Positions 37,918 through 47,473 of a stretch of DNA of 64,000 nt are shown here, in pieces. Origin of the DNA: a virus; the IMG/VR virus record IMGVR_UViG_3300046011_004498, positions 1-64,000 of that record. One strand, given 5' to 3'. Each line of letters opens with the position of its first letter. The first letter of the stretch is position 1. The position numbers and the translations under genes were made by a program. The notes under the pieces are model-generated. The model did not search any database and was not told the DNA's origin. It worked only from the letters and a program-made list of their open reading frames with translations.

Positions 37918-38473
37918 GTAACATCTCCTGCTTCTCAAGCTTAGCTTGTTTCAAAGCTTCGGTTAATTGTTGGTCATCAATGATCCAATCAGGTTTTTGC
38001 CTGACCATCCAACGATGTAGATGTCTCTTTTCCCGATTGTAATAAGCACGATAAGCCATAACTACATTACTCCATGATGTATTTTTAAATGGCTTTAAAT
38101 CTTCTGATACAACAGCAGGAGGAATAGAAGCATATACGCTTTTATTAGGTATACCTACAGGTCTTTTTTTAAGTAAATCAAGGTATTTTTCTCTCCAATT
38201 AGGATTACCCCACCTTAGTTTGTACTCAATAAGTAATTGTACAAGGTGTTCGTAGAGCCAAACATAGTTGGCTCTGCTAGTCATAACCCATTTAGTACAA
38301 GGATGGTTTCTGTGAGTAGGTGGGGGCAATCCATCTAGGTCATCATCATCGCCACGCATGTAATGAGCAGTGGCTAACATACTGATAGATTCTTTGATTT
38401 GTGATCTAACATGGGCATTAGATAACATAGAAGCTGCTAAAGCTGGGTTTGAATCCACAAAAAAGATATTCAT
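37904..38473 (-). CDS. Pyrimidine-dimer DNA glycosylase / endonuclease V-like protein
   Basis: MNIF start, THRNHPCTKW..SRANY.WL, AYRAYY. Confidence 0.75.
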   Translation of the reverse strand: MNIFFVDSNPALAASMLSNAHVRSQIKESISMLATAHYMRGDDDDLDGLPPPTHRNHPCTKWVMTSRANYVWLYEHLVQLLIEYKLRWGNPNWREKYLDLLKKRPVGIPNKSVYASIPPAVVSEDLKPFKNTSWSNVVMAYRAYYNREKRHLHRWMVRQKPDWIIDDQQLTEALKQAKLEKQEMLLVAP

Positions 38474-38500
38474 GAGGTAACTCCTTCAAAAGAAAAGGCC

Positions 38501-38641
38501 CTAGGTAAACCTAGAGCCTCTCTTTATGAAGCTATTCCACATCAATGCGATGGGAATTGCCAGCAATACAAGAATCAAAGCTAATACTGCGAGAGCTCCC
38601 GCTAAAGCTATGATCCTTTGAACGAGCCTGAACCGGCTCAT
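38501..38641 (-). CDS. 46-aa membrane protein (not in ORF track)
   Basis: MSRFRLVQRIIALAGALAVLALILVLLAIPIALMWNSFIKRGSRFT. Confidence 0.45.
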   Translation of the reverse strand: MSRFRLVQRIIALAGALAVLALILVLLAIPIALMWNSFIKRGSRFT

Positions 38642-38649
38642 TGCTGGGG

Positions 38650-39174
38650 TTACTCAGCCGAGGCCGAGTTATTCGGACGGGTCAGACCCGCGAACAGCTT
38701 CGAGCGAGCAGGAGCAGAGGCTCCAGCATCGGCAGCTTCTTCTTCCGAGGAAGCTTCAGCAACCACTTCTTCGACTTGCTCTGCTTGGACCGGAGCAACT
38801 TCAGCCGGAGCTTCAGTTTCTTCAGCAGCAGGAACAGCCGACTCCAGAACAACTTCAGCCTTGGGAGCTTCGCTTTGTTCAATAGGAGCACTCGACGCAG
38901 TGACCGAGGTGATGATTCCATCTTCACCACGAGTCGCCCGGAAGGAGATTGCGAAGTGATTGAAGGAAGCATTCACGGTCTTACGAGCGTGAGCAATGAC
39001 AGCCTGACGGATCATGGATTCCGAAACAGTGACCTCAGCAGTCAGACCCTTGGGGGCACGACCCGATGTATATTCAAAATTCAGTTCCCGCAGGAGTCGG
39101 GGCAGTTCAGCAGCAATAGCTGCATTCAACGCTGCTTGGTTCAGCGTGAACGACATAGAGTTCTTGTCGGACAT
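38650..39174 (-). CDS. N4 gp47-like hypothetical protein
   Basis: F.ATRG.DG motif, Ala/Glu linker, C-terminal KLFAGL. Confidence 0.65.
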   Translation of the reverse strand: MSDKNSMSFTLNQAALNAAIAAELPRLLRELNFEYTSGRAPKGLTAEVTVSESMIRQAVIAHARKTVNASFNHFAISFRATRGEDGIITSVTASSAPIEQSEAPKAEVVLESAVPAAEETEAPAEVAPVQAEQVEEVVAEASSEEEAADAGASAPARSKLFAGLTRPNNSASAE

Positions 39175-39184
39175 TTTGGTCTTT

Positions 39185-39592
39185 CTATTGGAAATTTAGT
39201 GCCATTGGTTCGGTCACAGGCACGATGGTTACGCTTACTCGTGGATTGGTTCGGTCCACGCCGCCAAACGCAGCGGAGGTTGAGACAATAATCCCTGTGT
39301 GATCATCGTCAATAGCTTTTGAGTGAGAAAGTGCATCGGAGAAATATTTATCTACGATGGCAATTACATTCATGAGGTCGCATCTGTGACCTGATCCGAC
39401 AAAAAGCTCATAATGTAGATGCACTTTTTCCTGTCGAGGAATCCCCTTCAGTAAAGGTCTAACGATCTCCTCAAACATCACCTTAGTCTTGCTTTGATCT
39501 CGGTGATGCCAGTTCCGGTATCCATTCATGTTTAACGCTAATCTCTTACGAGGCGTTACTTGAATGTAAGTTGGTAAATCTAAAGTCCACAT
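39185..39592 (-). CDS. RusA-like Holliday junction resolvase (N4 gp46-like)
   Basis: LNMNGYRNWH; D..N.....DK...DAL......DDD. Confidence 0.75.
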   Translation of the reverse strand: MWTLDLPTYIQVTPRKRLALNMNGYRNWHHRDQSKTKVMFEEIVRPLLKGIPRQEKVHLHYELFVGSGHRCDLMNVIAIVDKYFSDALSHSKAIDDDHTGIIVSTSAAFGGVDRTNPRVSVTIVPVTEPMALNFQ

Positions 39593-39599
39593 ACAGGAA

Positions 39600-39626
39600 G
39601 GCCCCTGACTGGTTGGTCAGGGGCCT
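39600..39626 (-). terminator. Hairpin/terminator after SSB
   Basis: GGCCCCTGAC/GTCAGGGGCC. Confidence 0.65.
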
Positions 39627-39633
39627 CTGTAGT

Positions 39634-40395
39634 TTAGTTTTTCGCAAAGAGCGAGGACTTAGGTTTTTCAGCTGCACCAGAAGCCTTCGGAGCACCGTCC
39701 GTCGCCTTGGACGAGCCAGCACCCTTACGCTTGTTGTAAACCGTCCCACGGTGCTTCTCAGCCCATTCCTCGATGAACTTGGGCTCGACAGCCTTGTCAT
39801 CCTTCGTGGCACGTCTGATTTCGCCCACAGTGGCACGAGTTTCCGGGTGGAAGGATTTGACAATCTCGTTGATGGTACGATCTTCGTCAGTGTCTTCGTA
39901 GACCGGCTTACCGTCCTTGACCCTGTCGGTCTTCTTCGTCTTGGGCTCAGTAGCTTTACGCAGAGCGATAGAAGCCTTGGCACCTGTCAGGTCCGTCAGA
40001 ACGTCACGAGCTTGACGAATCTTCTTCTTGTCTTCGTAGCTCCAGACTTCGATCTGGCGTTCTTCAGTTTCCTGATCTTCCAGTTCACTGCCGGTAGCAG
40101 TCAGGCAGAGTTCGTTAATGGTAACGAAGCCCGGCATTTGCTGCTTCTTGCCATCACGTTCAAAGAAGTTTTCACCCTTCGAGTTCGTAATGTAGATGGT
40201 TTCCTCATACTCTTCACCATCAATCATAGCGATGATGGTGATGTATTGAGCACCAGAGTCAGACTTGCCAGCAAAGGCAAGCTTGATATCGATGTTTTCA
40301 TAGACATCAGTATCAAAGAACTTACGACCACCACCGAGACGGTCTTCGGCTTCTTCCAGACCTTTAGTGGTCAGGTTTGAAAACAGTTTACCCAT
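39634..40395 (-). CDS. ssb: Single-stranded DNA-binding protein (N4 gp45-like, late transcription activator)
   Basis: DRLGGG, MPGF, C-terminal KSSLFA; synteny. Confidence 0.88.
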   Translation of the reverse strand: MGKLFSNLTTKGLEEAEDRLGGGRKFFDTDVYENIDIKLAFAGKSDSGAQYITIIAMIDGEEYEETIYITNSKGENFFERDGKKQQMPGFVTINELCLTATGSELEDQETEERQIEVWSYEDKKKIRQARDVLTDLTGAKASIALRKATEPKTKKTDRVKDGKPVYEDTDEDRTINEIVKSFHPETRATVGEIRRATKDDKAVEPKFIEEWAEKHRGTVYNKRKGAGSSKATDGAPKASGAAEKPKSSLFAKN

Positions 40396-40406
40396 GAGGG
40401 TTTCCT

Positions 40407-41150
40407 TTACTTCTTATAGTAGCTGGTGACGTGATTCATCAGCAGCTGTACGTCATTATCCATGAAGGTTTGGTTCAAGTTGAACATCTTCATGGGTGCG
40501 CGAATGCGCTCACCGAGGGTCTTCGGAGTAAGTCTCGTTTGGAACACATACTTAAATCCGTTGGCCCGATCCTCATCGGTGATATGGAGAAGGTTCTGAT
40601 CGTAATCAGGATTCACCACGAGGTCTTTGATGGACATTCTCTTGGTAGAGACCACCAATGAGAAGTAAGCTTCGATGCCTTGGTTCTTGAGAGAACCTTT
40701 AACAGGCACCGATGTCGTCACCACGCCTGCATCATCGATACTGCTGAGGGTGTGGGCTAGGAAGACGACTGGGATATGCAGCAGAGCAACTTTCTCCTGC
40801 ATAATCTTCTTGAAATACTGAGCGAACTCAGCCCAAGCCTGTTGTCCATTAGAAGCACCAAACACATCATGGCTTTCTTTCATATCAAGAAGGAAAGTTA
40901 GTGTGTCCAAGATGACGCCCTTAGGACCATCAGGATCGTTTTGATGCTCGATAGCATAATCAAGCATCTCGAAGATGTGGTTAGGCTCCGTGATGTGTAA
41001 TTCACGGAAGCTACTGGGGAACGGAAGTTCCTTGTTCTCTGCGTTTCCGTAGAGCCAGCGATCCTGATCAACGATCTCTGCAAGAGAAGCAGACTTCCCT
41101 GTAGAAGATGCACCTGAGATCAGGACACCGAACCTATTACCATTAGCCAT
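40407..41150 (-). CDS. Sak4-like P-loop ATPase (N4 gp44-like)
   Basis: GASSTGKSASL; VPVKGSLKNQGIEAYF. Confidence 0.85.
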   Translation of the reverse strand: MANGNRFGVLISGASSTGKSASLAEIVDQDRWLYGNAENKELPFPSSFRELHITEPNHIFEMLDYAIEHQNDPDGPKGVILDTLTFLLDMKESHDVFGASNGQQAWAEFAQYFKKIMQEKVALLHIPVVFLAHTLSSIDDAGVVTTSVPVKGSLKNQGIEAYFSLVVSTKRMSIKDLVVNPDYDQNLLHITDEDRANGFKYVFQTRLTPKTLGERIRAPMKMFNLNQTFMDNDVQLLMNHVTSYYKK

Positions 41151-41194
41151 TATGGCTCCTGTTATGAGAGAGGTTCAATAAAGAAGCTCTATTG

Positions 41195-43372
41195 TTACGC
41201 CTGTTCATCATATCGTTTGGCAACAGATACCAAAACAGTACGACGAAGTTCGTCTTCATCAAGAGGATCAGTGAGCTTCTTGTTAAAGTCTAGAGTTCTA
41301 GCTTCTACTTCGTTATAAGTGATCCCGTTATCTACGAGAGCCATAGCAAAGCGCAGCATCATGTTGTTTCGATTACCGTCAGAGATTTTGACAGCAAACC
41401 AACCTTCCAGCTTATCCATGCTGGTTAGTTTTTGACGCATTCGTTTATGGTCTTCGTTCCTAGAAGTTTGAGGAATGAAGTCGAGTGCATCAATGATCTG
41501 CGTATCAGGCCCATCATTGTAATGATAAGCGCCATCAAAGGTTTCCCATTTACGGGCTCTTTGATTGGCTCCACGATCACTCTCAAATGGAAGCCAGTCC
41601 ATGAAAGCATTCATGAACTTCTTGTAGTCTTCTTGGTCTAACTCAAGATGATAGTTGATAGGGAAGATCATACGGAAACGATGTTCACCTTCATGATCAT
41701 GGCTCTTTGTTGTGTAGAGCATGAACTTATAGTTCTCAAGCAGCATAGCCGCAGAGTCAACGCTGATACCCCCATCAATATCAATAACAATCATGTTAAA
41801 GCCGGGGATAATATTCTTATCTTGGCGATGACCTTCCTGTTTATCACCTGCAACTAACTGGTGATTGAGGAAATGCAGGTTAGGTGCTTGGGTCATACGA
41901 TGAAGATCAGCAAAAGCAGCTGTCTCATTCATATAACGATAGGCATAATCATCAGACCAAGAGAGAATGAGCTCGTTGAGATCAGTCTCCTTGAGTTTCT
42001 TACCAGAGAAGAACTCAACACCATCTGCGTAGGTCTTCTTAATAACCATGTGGTTCTTGTAACCCCATGCAATAGCAAGATTCATCATCTCATTGCGTTG
42101 GCTACCAGACCTTCCATAGAAGGGATTGTTCTCCATAATATCGACATGGGTTACTTCGCCTTCGACACTGGCAACATATTTTGCCAGACGAGCATAAGGC
42201 TTTTCCCTGTTCAGGATTTTCTGAAAGCTTTCACCACTTTCCTGCACCAGCAGGATAGCTGGGAGGAGGTGTTCATCGATATCGACCTCAGATGCCTCAT
42301 CAACGAAAGCATAGGCTCCAGCGAGCTTGAGAGCCCTGAAATAGCGGTGGCTAATCTCAGCCTTCTTGATCTCGTCATGGTCAGGGAGAGTGCGTGCTTC
42401 GGCTTCACAAGCAAGCTTGTATTCCATCAGCTTAACGCCAACCATGTAGGGTACTTCGATCTTCCAACCATAGAGACCGGAGTCAGCAAGGCTTTCAAAC
42501 TTGGAAGCCCACTGTCGAATGACAGAGCTGTTAGTGGGATTGATCAGACGTTTAAATACTTCTTCGGCATCTTGATCTTCCGGGTTGTCGGCAATGCCCA
42601 TTGCGAACAAGCATCTACGACCGTATCCGGTTTCAAGAAAACTATAGAAGTCAGCTTCTGTTGTCCCACCATCAAAAAGCTTAGACGGTGTGCCAAACAT
42701 GAGAAGATTGGTTGGTGTACGTCCCTCAAGCTCCTCTCCGCGCACGTTCTCAGCAGTGTTCTTCGTGAGTTTGGGTTTAACCATTCCCTGATCGTAAAGT
42801 TCCAGGAATAGATTGAGGAGTTCAGCGTTTCCAAGAAGGTTTGAACCAATCTCATCGATTTGGAGGTTGATCGAGCCTCCTTTGCCAATGAGTAGCTTCT
42901 GTCTAAGCTGCTTAACAGCTGGTACTGTACCGCTATCGAAGGTGAAGGGATAAACACCAAGGGATTTATATTCCTTTTTGATCTTCTCGAACTCTTCGTC
43001 CTCGTCAGTGGAAAGACGAATGGCTCTTTCACGAGCCAAGTCCCACATACTTCTGTCAGCAATGACAGGAAGTGTTTCCTCGACAAAAGCTTTCTTGAAA
43101 GGTCCGAGAATAGATTGCTCCATAATAAAGATGGAGTGGCCCTTACCATAACCAGATGAAGCTAAGAGAAGCCCATACAGATTAACCGGGATTTCACCCC
43201 GGTCTTGAGTAAGCAAAGCAGCACCCATGCAGGATGCAACTTTGGAAACAAAGTAAGCTACTTCAGTGTGAAAGAAGGGCCGGTCTTGGTTTTGGGTCTG
43301 ATTACAGAGTAGGTCAGTCAACTCTGTAATTACGGGGTGATGGACTACCCCTGTTAGATCATACTTGTTCAT
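41195..43372 (-). CDS. DNA primase (N4 gp43-like)
   Basis: SGYGKG, DEIG, DIDG, YTTKSH and GNRN PriCT motifs. Confidence 0.88.
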   Translation of the reverse strand: MNKYDLTGVVHHPVITELTDLLCNQTQNQDRPFFHTEVAYFVSKVASCMGAALLTQDRGEIPVNLYGLLLASSGYGKGHSIFIMEQSILGPFKKAFVEETLPVIADRSMWDLARERAIRLSTDEDEEFEKIKKEYKSLGVYPFTFDSGTVPAVKQLRQKLLIGKGGSINLQIDEIGSNLLGNAELLNLFLELYDQGMVKPKLTKNTAENVRGEELEGRTPTNLLMFGTPSKLFDGGTTEADFYSFLETGYGRRCLFAMGIADNPEDQDAEEVFKRLINPTNSSVIRQWASKFESLADSGLYGWKIEVPYMVGVKLMEYKLACEAEARTLPDHDEIKKAEISHRYFRALKLAGAYAFVDEASEVDIDEHLLPAILLVQESGESFQKILNREKPYARLAKYVASVEGEVTHVDIMENNPFYGRSGSQRNEMMNLAIAWGYKNHMVIKKTYADGVEFFSGKKLKETDLNELILSWSDDYAYRYMNETAAFADLHRMTQAPNLHFLNHQLVAGDKQEGHRQDKNIIPGFNMIVIDIDGGISVDSAAMLLENYKFMLYTTKSHDHEGEHRFRMIFPINYHLELDQEDYKKFMNAFMDWLPFESDRGANQRARKWETFDGAYHYNDGPDTQIIDALDFIPQTSRNEDHKRMRQKLTSMDKLEGWFAVKISDGNRNNMMLRFAMALVDNGITYNEVEARTLDFNKKLTDPLDEDELRRTVLVSVAKRYDEQA

Positions 43373-44339
43373 AACGGTCCTTCTGTTTGCAAATATCGAA
43401 GGCGTCACAATAGCCACAGGCTTTTGGTGCTCCCTCGACGGTGATTACGACACCTTTGCCTTTCTCCATAAGCATCTTGTTGGCTTCAACAGGATCAGAG
43501 AAGTTTTTAGTGGCACGTCCACCTGATGTTACTTTGGTGGAGTCGGAGTAGTATTTGTATATTGGCGGGTCCATCCACAGGTCTTCTCTTGAGCACTCAG
43601 GAATGTCTTCTTCTGGGGCATCCATGAATGTGACAAGATCAGTTAGACGTTTTCTGATTAGAGCCTCAACCTGCTCATCGTTAAGTAGTTGAAACTCTTT
43701 GGAATCGAAACGCTTCTCAGGATAGTTAGGGTCTTGGTTTGCCCTAAAGCCTTGCCAATCAGTGAAGACAAAGTTGATCTGACCAATAGGGTCAGTAACT
43801 TTATCTGGGTTGAGCCACTTATAGATAGAAAGTTGCTCAATGTAGTCTTTGTCCTTGGTTCCTTTCATATATGAAAAGACACCTGTGGACTTGGTATCTT
43901 GAGCTCGACCATCGGCAACTTGGTCAAACTTACCTGTGATGTTCCAACCCTCGAACTCACGACGAGCTCGTTGCTCGAAGTACAGGTAGATGCCGTCAGG
44001 ATTGGCAGCACACTCCTCAGGAGTGGGATTAATCATCATCTGCTTCTGGATATGCTCGGGGATACCAAGCTTGGTCAGAGCGGCGTTACGACGGGTTTCA
44101 TCGAGCCAAACAGCTTCAATAGCATCATGGATGGCTCCACCAAGAGCAGAAGCCATTAGATCAGCTACATCTATAGACTTCATATCTTTGTTCACTCTCT
44201 TACCGAGAATGTACTTTTTCAATGGTTTGATCAGTGAAGAAGCAGAGATAGTCTTAGGTGTGTTGTCGTAGTCATAGTTGTCGTTCAACAACCAAACAGC
44301 GATTAACAATGGAACATTGTAGTTGTTGGTTACGTTCAT
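43359..44339 (-). CDS. PD-(D/E)xK / Cas4-like exonuclease (N4 gp42-like)
   Basis: GGAIH, TGKFD...DTKS, QL.IY, C-terminal CGYC...DIC. Confidence 0.85.
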   Translation of the reverse strand: MNVTNNYNVPLLIAVWLLNDNYDYDNTPKTISASSLIKPLKKYILGKRVNKDMKSIDVADLMASALGGAIHDAIEAVWLDETRRNAALTKLGIPEHIQKQMMINPTPEECAANPDGIYLYFEQRARREFEGWNITGKFDQVADGRAQDTKSTGVFSYMKGTKDKDYIEQLSIYKWLNPDKVTDPIGQINFVFTDWQGFRANQDPNYPEKRFDSKEFQLLNDEQVEALIRKRLTDLVTFMDAPEEDIPECSREDLWMDPPIYKYYSDSTKVTSGGRATKNFSDPVEANKMLMEKGKGVVITVEGAPKACGYCDAFDICKQKDRYEQV

Positions 44340-44665
44340 TATGGAAACATCATTTCAAGAGTTGCAGGGTCCATACCATGTGTGTCTGGACTTTCCTGAA
44401 TAGCACGACATTCACCTGCAAGAGCTACATAAGCAGCTCCATCAATGTAATCGTCTTCACGAAATGAACCCCCTTCTGCCCTAGCTAATTTAAGGAAGAA
44501 CATGAACATCCATCCCTGATATTCAGTGATAGCGTTCTGTGGGAATGCTGCATTGAAGATGGCTACGGTCTTAGCCATAGCCCTTTCTTTATCTGTGTCA
44601 CGTTCAGAAGAACGCTCACGCATAGTGGCAGCGGCCTTCTCAAGAAGGTCTGGAGCTTCAAGCAT
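44339..44665 (-). CDS. DUF6378-like protein
   Basis: GW.FM..LK.AR...DDYIDGAAY.AL. Confidence 0.75.
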   Translation of the reverse strand: MLEAPDLLEKAAATMRERSSERDTDKERAMAKTVAIFNAAFPQNAITEYQGWMFMFFLKLARAEGGSFREDDYIDGAAYVALAGECRAIQESPDTHGMDPATLEMMFP

Positions 44666-44683
44666 GGTAGATTTCTCACATAG

Positions 44684-44713
44684 AAAAGGGGTCAGGAAAT
44701 GCCCTGACCCCTT
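44684..44713 (-). terminator. Intrinsic terminator after fibre 2
   Basis: AAGGGGTCAGG/CCTGACCCCTT with a U tract on the minus strand. Confidence 0.75.
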
Positions 44714-44807
44714 GGTCGGTTGACCTTTATGGCTGAGTTTTGGTGTGCTGAAAAGCCACTAGGGTTAGGGTCTAGAGGGGCATTACCCCCTAGATTTTGG
44801 TCAAGAT

Positions 44808-46634
44808 TTAACTGGTTTGATACCAGCCACTTAAACGAACGGAACGACCAGTTGCGATGATGGTGGTACGGTCCATTTTTGTAATACGAAGTAAGTTGGA
44901 CCCACCAGAAATTTTACCCATCACTTCAAAGCCAACAGCGTATTCTTCACCAAAGCCCATACCAAAGGTAGCTGCGGTGAATGGAAGTGTTGCGTTGAGT
45001 GATCCTGTACCTGTTCCAGCATCTGTAATGCTGATCACAATGGACCACATGACTAGCTTTCCAATTCTAAAATAGGAAAGACTGGATGTGTAAGAAGTAA
45101 GAGCTCCTGAAGTAGAAACTACAACAGGAACATGGGTAGTTACTGGTGTAACAACAACAAAGTCAGTGACGGCAGCTGTTCCCGAACCAGTGAAGTACGG
45201 AACTTTGTTTGCTGCTGAAGTTAGGCCAGCAATGGCAGCTAAATCTGCGTCATAAGCTTGGACGTTGGTTCCAATAGTAAGACCTAACGTAGTACGTGCT
45301 GCCGCAGCATCTGCGTCATCAAGCAGTGATCTACCAAAGGAAGTAAATGTTGCTAGAGCAGCTGTTCCTGAGCCAGTGAAATAAGGTAAACGATCGGCAG
45401 CAGAAGTTAATCCAGCAATAGCAGTAAGCTCTAAGTCATAAGCTTGGATGTGTGTTCCAATTACTAGACTATCAAGTTCAGATTCAGCAGTAGTGAGTCT
45501 GGAGTTAATGCCTGTGTAGAGAACACCCATGTCATCTGCATAAGCGGCACAAGCAGCCTCTGAAGCGGCAGAGTTAGTTTCTGAAATACCTGCGTTAGTC
45601 TCAGAAGTGGCAGCATTGGTTTCCGAGGTAGCTGCATTGCTTTCAGAGATTAATGCACCAGCTTGAGCGGCTTCTGCTGCGAGTTTATCCAGATTAGTCT
45701 GGATAGCATCAGCAGCTGTGGCAAGCTTATCAAGATTGGTCTGAATAGCATCTAGAGCCGTCTGAGCAGCTGCTGCTTCAGTAGCAATTCTATCCAGTTC
45801 AACCTGTGCAGCAGAAACAAGAGTAGTATCTCTTGCTGCTTGAGCTACTGTTTTAGCACTTAAAGCATCATTACGATGATCTTCTGTGTCTCCAGCAACA
45901 GCTAAAACCTCAGAAGATAAAATTGTAAGATCAGCTTGAAGAGCAACAACTTCATCTCTAGCTGCAACTGCATCAACAGCAGCTGCGGTAGCTGTTACAG
46001 TTGCTGCCTCCACACCTACTAGATGACTAGCTGCTGTAGCGGCACTAGCAGCTGCGTTGGTTCTAGCAGTTTCAGCAAGAACACGTTGTTGGGTAGCAGT
46101 GATTACAGCTGCTTGAATAAGTGCATATTGAGTATCTGCTTCTTCCTTAATGAGGATTACAGATGCAGCAATTAAATCTGTGGCATCACGAGCAGCAACA
46201 GCTTCTAGTGCATTTAATGCAGCAGCGTCAGCGTACCCACTAGCTGTGTTAGAGTAGTTGAATGCTTGGGTGCGAAAGCCAGCAGCCGCTAGAGCCTCGC
46301 TAGAGGCGGCAGCGGCAGCGGCTTGAGCTTCGGCAACACCATCCTGTCCCTCAGGAGAGAGATCGCCTGCATCTCCTTTAAGAGATTCAAGCCATTGAGA
46401 GAGAGTTCCTACAAAGCCATCTTGCACAGCGAGTTCGTATGCACTCAAGCCATGGTAAGGGAACCCGAGTAAATCAAGGTCCAGATAACCGAACTGAATA
46501 GGTTCAGCATCTACACCAAAGACTAATGGTCCTTGCAGACCAATAGTGGACCTTTCGTCGAGTACGACGCTAAGTTCACCAATTTCTGCAACTTCGAGAC
46601 TAAGGTCTAGCTCGGTAAGCTGAATATTGATCAT
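44808..46634 (-). CDS. Tail fibre protein 2
   Basis: [20 protein letters not shown]; SETNAAT repeats; duplicated [14 protein letters not shown]...[10 protein letters not shown]. Confidence 0.85.
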   Translation of the reverse strand: MINIQLTELDLSLEVAEIGELSVVLDERSTIGLQGPLVFGVDAEPIQFGYLDLDLLGFPYHGLSAYELAVQDGFVGTLSQWLESLKGDAGDLSPEGQDGVAEAQAAAAAASSEALAAAGFRTQAFNYSNTASGYADAAALNALEAVAARDATDLIAASVILIKEEADTQYALIQAAVITATQQRVLAETARTNAAASAATAASHLVGVEAATVTATAAAVDAVAARDEVVALQADLTILSSEVLAVAGDTEDHRNDALSAKTVAQAARDTTLVSAAQVELDRIATEAAAAQTALDAIQTNLDKLATAADAIQTNLDKLAAEAAQAGALISESNAATSETNAATSETNAGISETNSAASEAACAAYADDMGVLYTGINSRLTTAESELDSLVIGTHIQAYDLELTAIAGLTSAADRLPYFTGSGTAALATFTSFGRSLLDDADAAAARTTLGLTIGTNVQAYDADLAAIAGLTSAANKVPYFTGSGTAAVTDFVVVTPVTTHVPVVVSTSGALTSYTSSLSYFRIGKLVMWSIVISITDAGTGTGSLNATLPFTAATFGMGFGEEYAVGFEVMGKISGGSNLLRITKMDRTTIIATGRSVRLSGWYQTS

Positions 46635-46972
46635 TAGTCTTGTGTCGGTCCAGCTTTGATAAGAACACGAAGAGTCTTAGTTCTAATTCTACGTCCTTGA
46701 TTAGAAGAGAATAGAACATCGAACTCAGCGATACCTAAAGGCCATTCGTCTGTATCGTTGCTGGATAGAATGAACTCTCTTGGCCCAAGCCAAGCTAAAG
46801 TCAGATCATCAATCAGGCCTTCTGACGTAAGATTTCCTTCTCTACGAATCTGAGAGAGAGGCTGCCAAGAACTGAAGTAGTTTTCTGCAACACTTTGAGG
46901 CAGAGTCATAACTGCTTCAAATGTGGAACCCCGAGCAAACTCAGGGATATTGTCTTGGATTGGAGCGGACAT
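46634..46972 (-). CDS. Small tail-fibre adaptor (BppU-N-like) protein
   Basis: F.RG.TF...SQIR...T..WP.G...FDV pattern; coupled to the fibre gene. Confidence 0.6.
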   Translation of the reverse strand: MSAPIQDNIPEFARGSTFEAVMTLPQSVAENYFSSWQPLSQIRREGNLTSEGLIDDLTLAWLGPREFILSSNDTDEWPLGIAEFDVLFSSNQGRRIRTKTLRVLIKAGPTQD

Positions 46973-47023
46973 GGTATTAATCCCGATCAGGAAAGCCATA
47001 TTCACTTAATCTATCAGAAGAAA

Positions 47024-47056
47024 GAAAAACAGCCCCCTCAAGAGAGGAGGCTGTTT
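47024..47056 (-). terminator. Intrinsic terminator
   Basis: AAACAGCC..CTC/GAG..GGCTGTTT with a U tract. Confidence 0.7.
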
Positions 47057-47080
47057 CCTTTAGTCATTCTGACCTGATGT

Positions 47081-47473
47081 TTATTCCTGAGGAGCAACAT
47101 CAGCAGTAGCGACATCATCAACCGGAATGGTTTCAACAGTTTCGCTGTTTAGTTCAGACAGGTCCGATTCCGCACTAATAGTTTCGGTAGTGGGTTCAAC
47201 AAGCTGTTCAGCGAGTTGAGTGCCACGAACGAACTCTTCTTCCGTACAGCCATTAGGCGTCAGGCAGAAGACGTTCTCGACAACAAGATCAGTGAAATCA
47301 ACTTCTTGGGCGTTGACCATAGAAGCTGCTCCTTGTTGGATCATATCCAGCACAGCAGCAGTGATGTTCAGATTGTTGAGCGACGAGATGGTGTTGAATC
47401 GCGTAACCAGTCGGCCTTGATCAATGACCGAGATGGAGGCCATGAAGAAGAATTTGGTAGTTTGATCAGTCAT
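47081..47473 (-). CDS. Hypothetical protein, acidic tail
   Basis: ORF overlapping the polymerase stop. Confidence 0.7.
   Translation of the reverse strand: MTDQTTKFFFMASISVIDQGRLVTRFNTISSLNNLNITAAVLDMIQQGAASMVNAQEVDFTDLVVENVFCLTPNGCTEEEFVRGTQLAEQLVEPTTETISAESDLSELNSETVETIPVDDVATADVAPQE

Noticed and set aside
41861-42811. 316-aa plus-strand ORF opposite the primase, and similar shadow ORFs over vRNAP, SSB and rIIB
   Set aside because: Antisense shadows of well-supported genes.
43359-44339. Cas4-like nuclease as evidence of a CRISPR system
   Set aside because: It is a core N4-like replication gene; no array or other cas genes are present.
45560-45760. Tandem DNA repeats in fibre 2 as a CRISPR or DGR signal
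   Set aside because: In-frame coding repeats ([18 protein letters not shown]) with no spacers, and no reverse transcriptase in the window.
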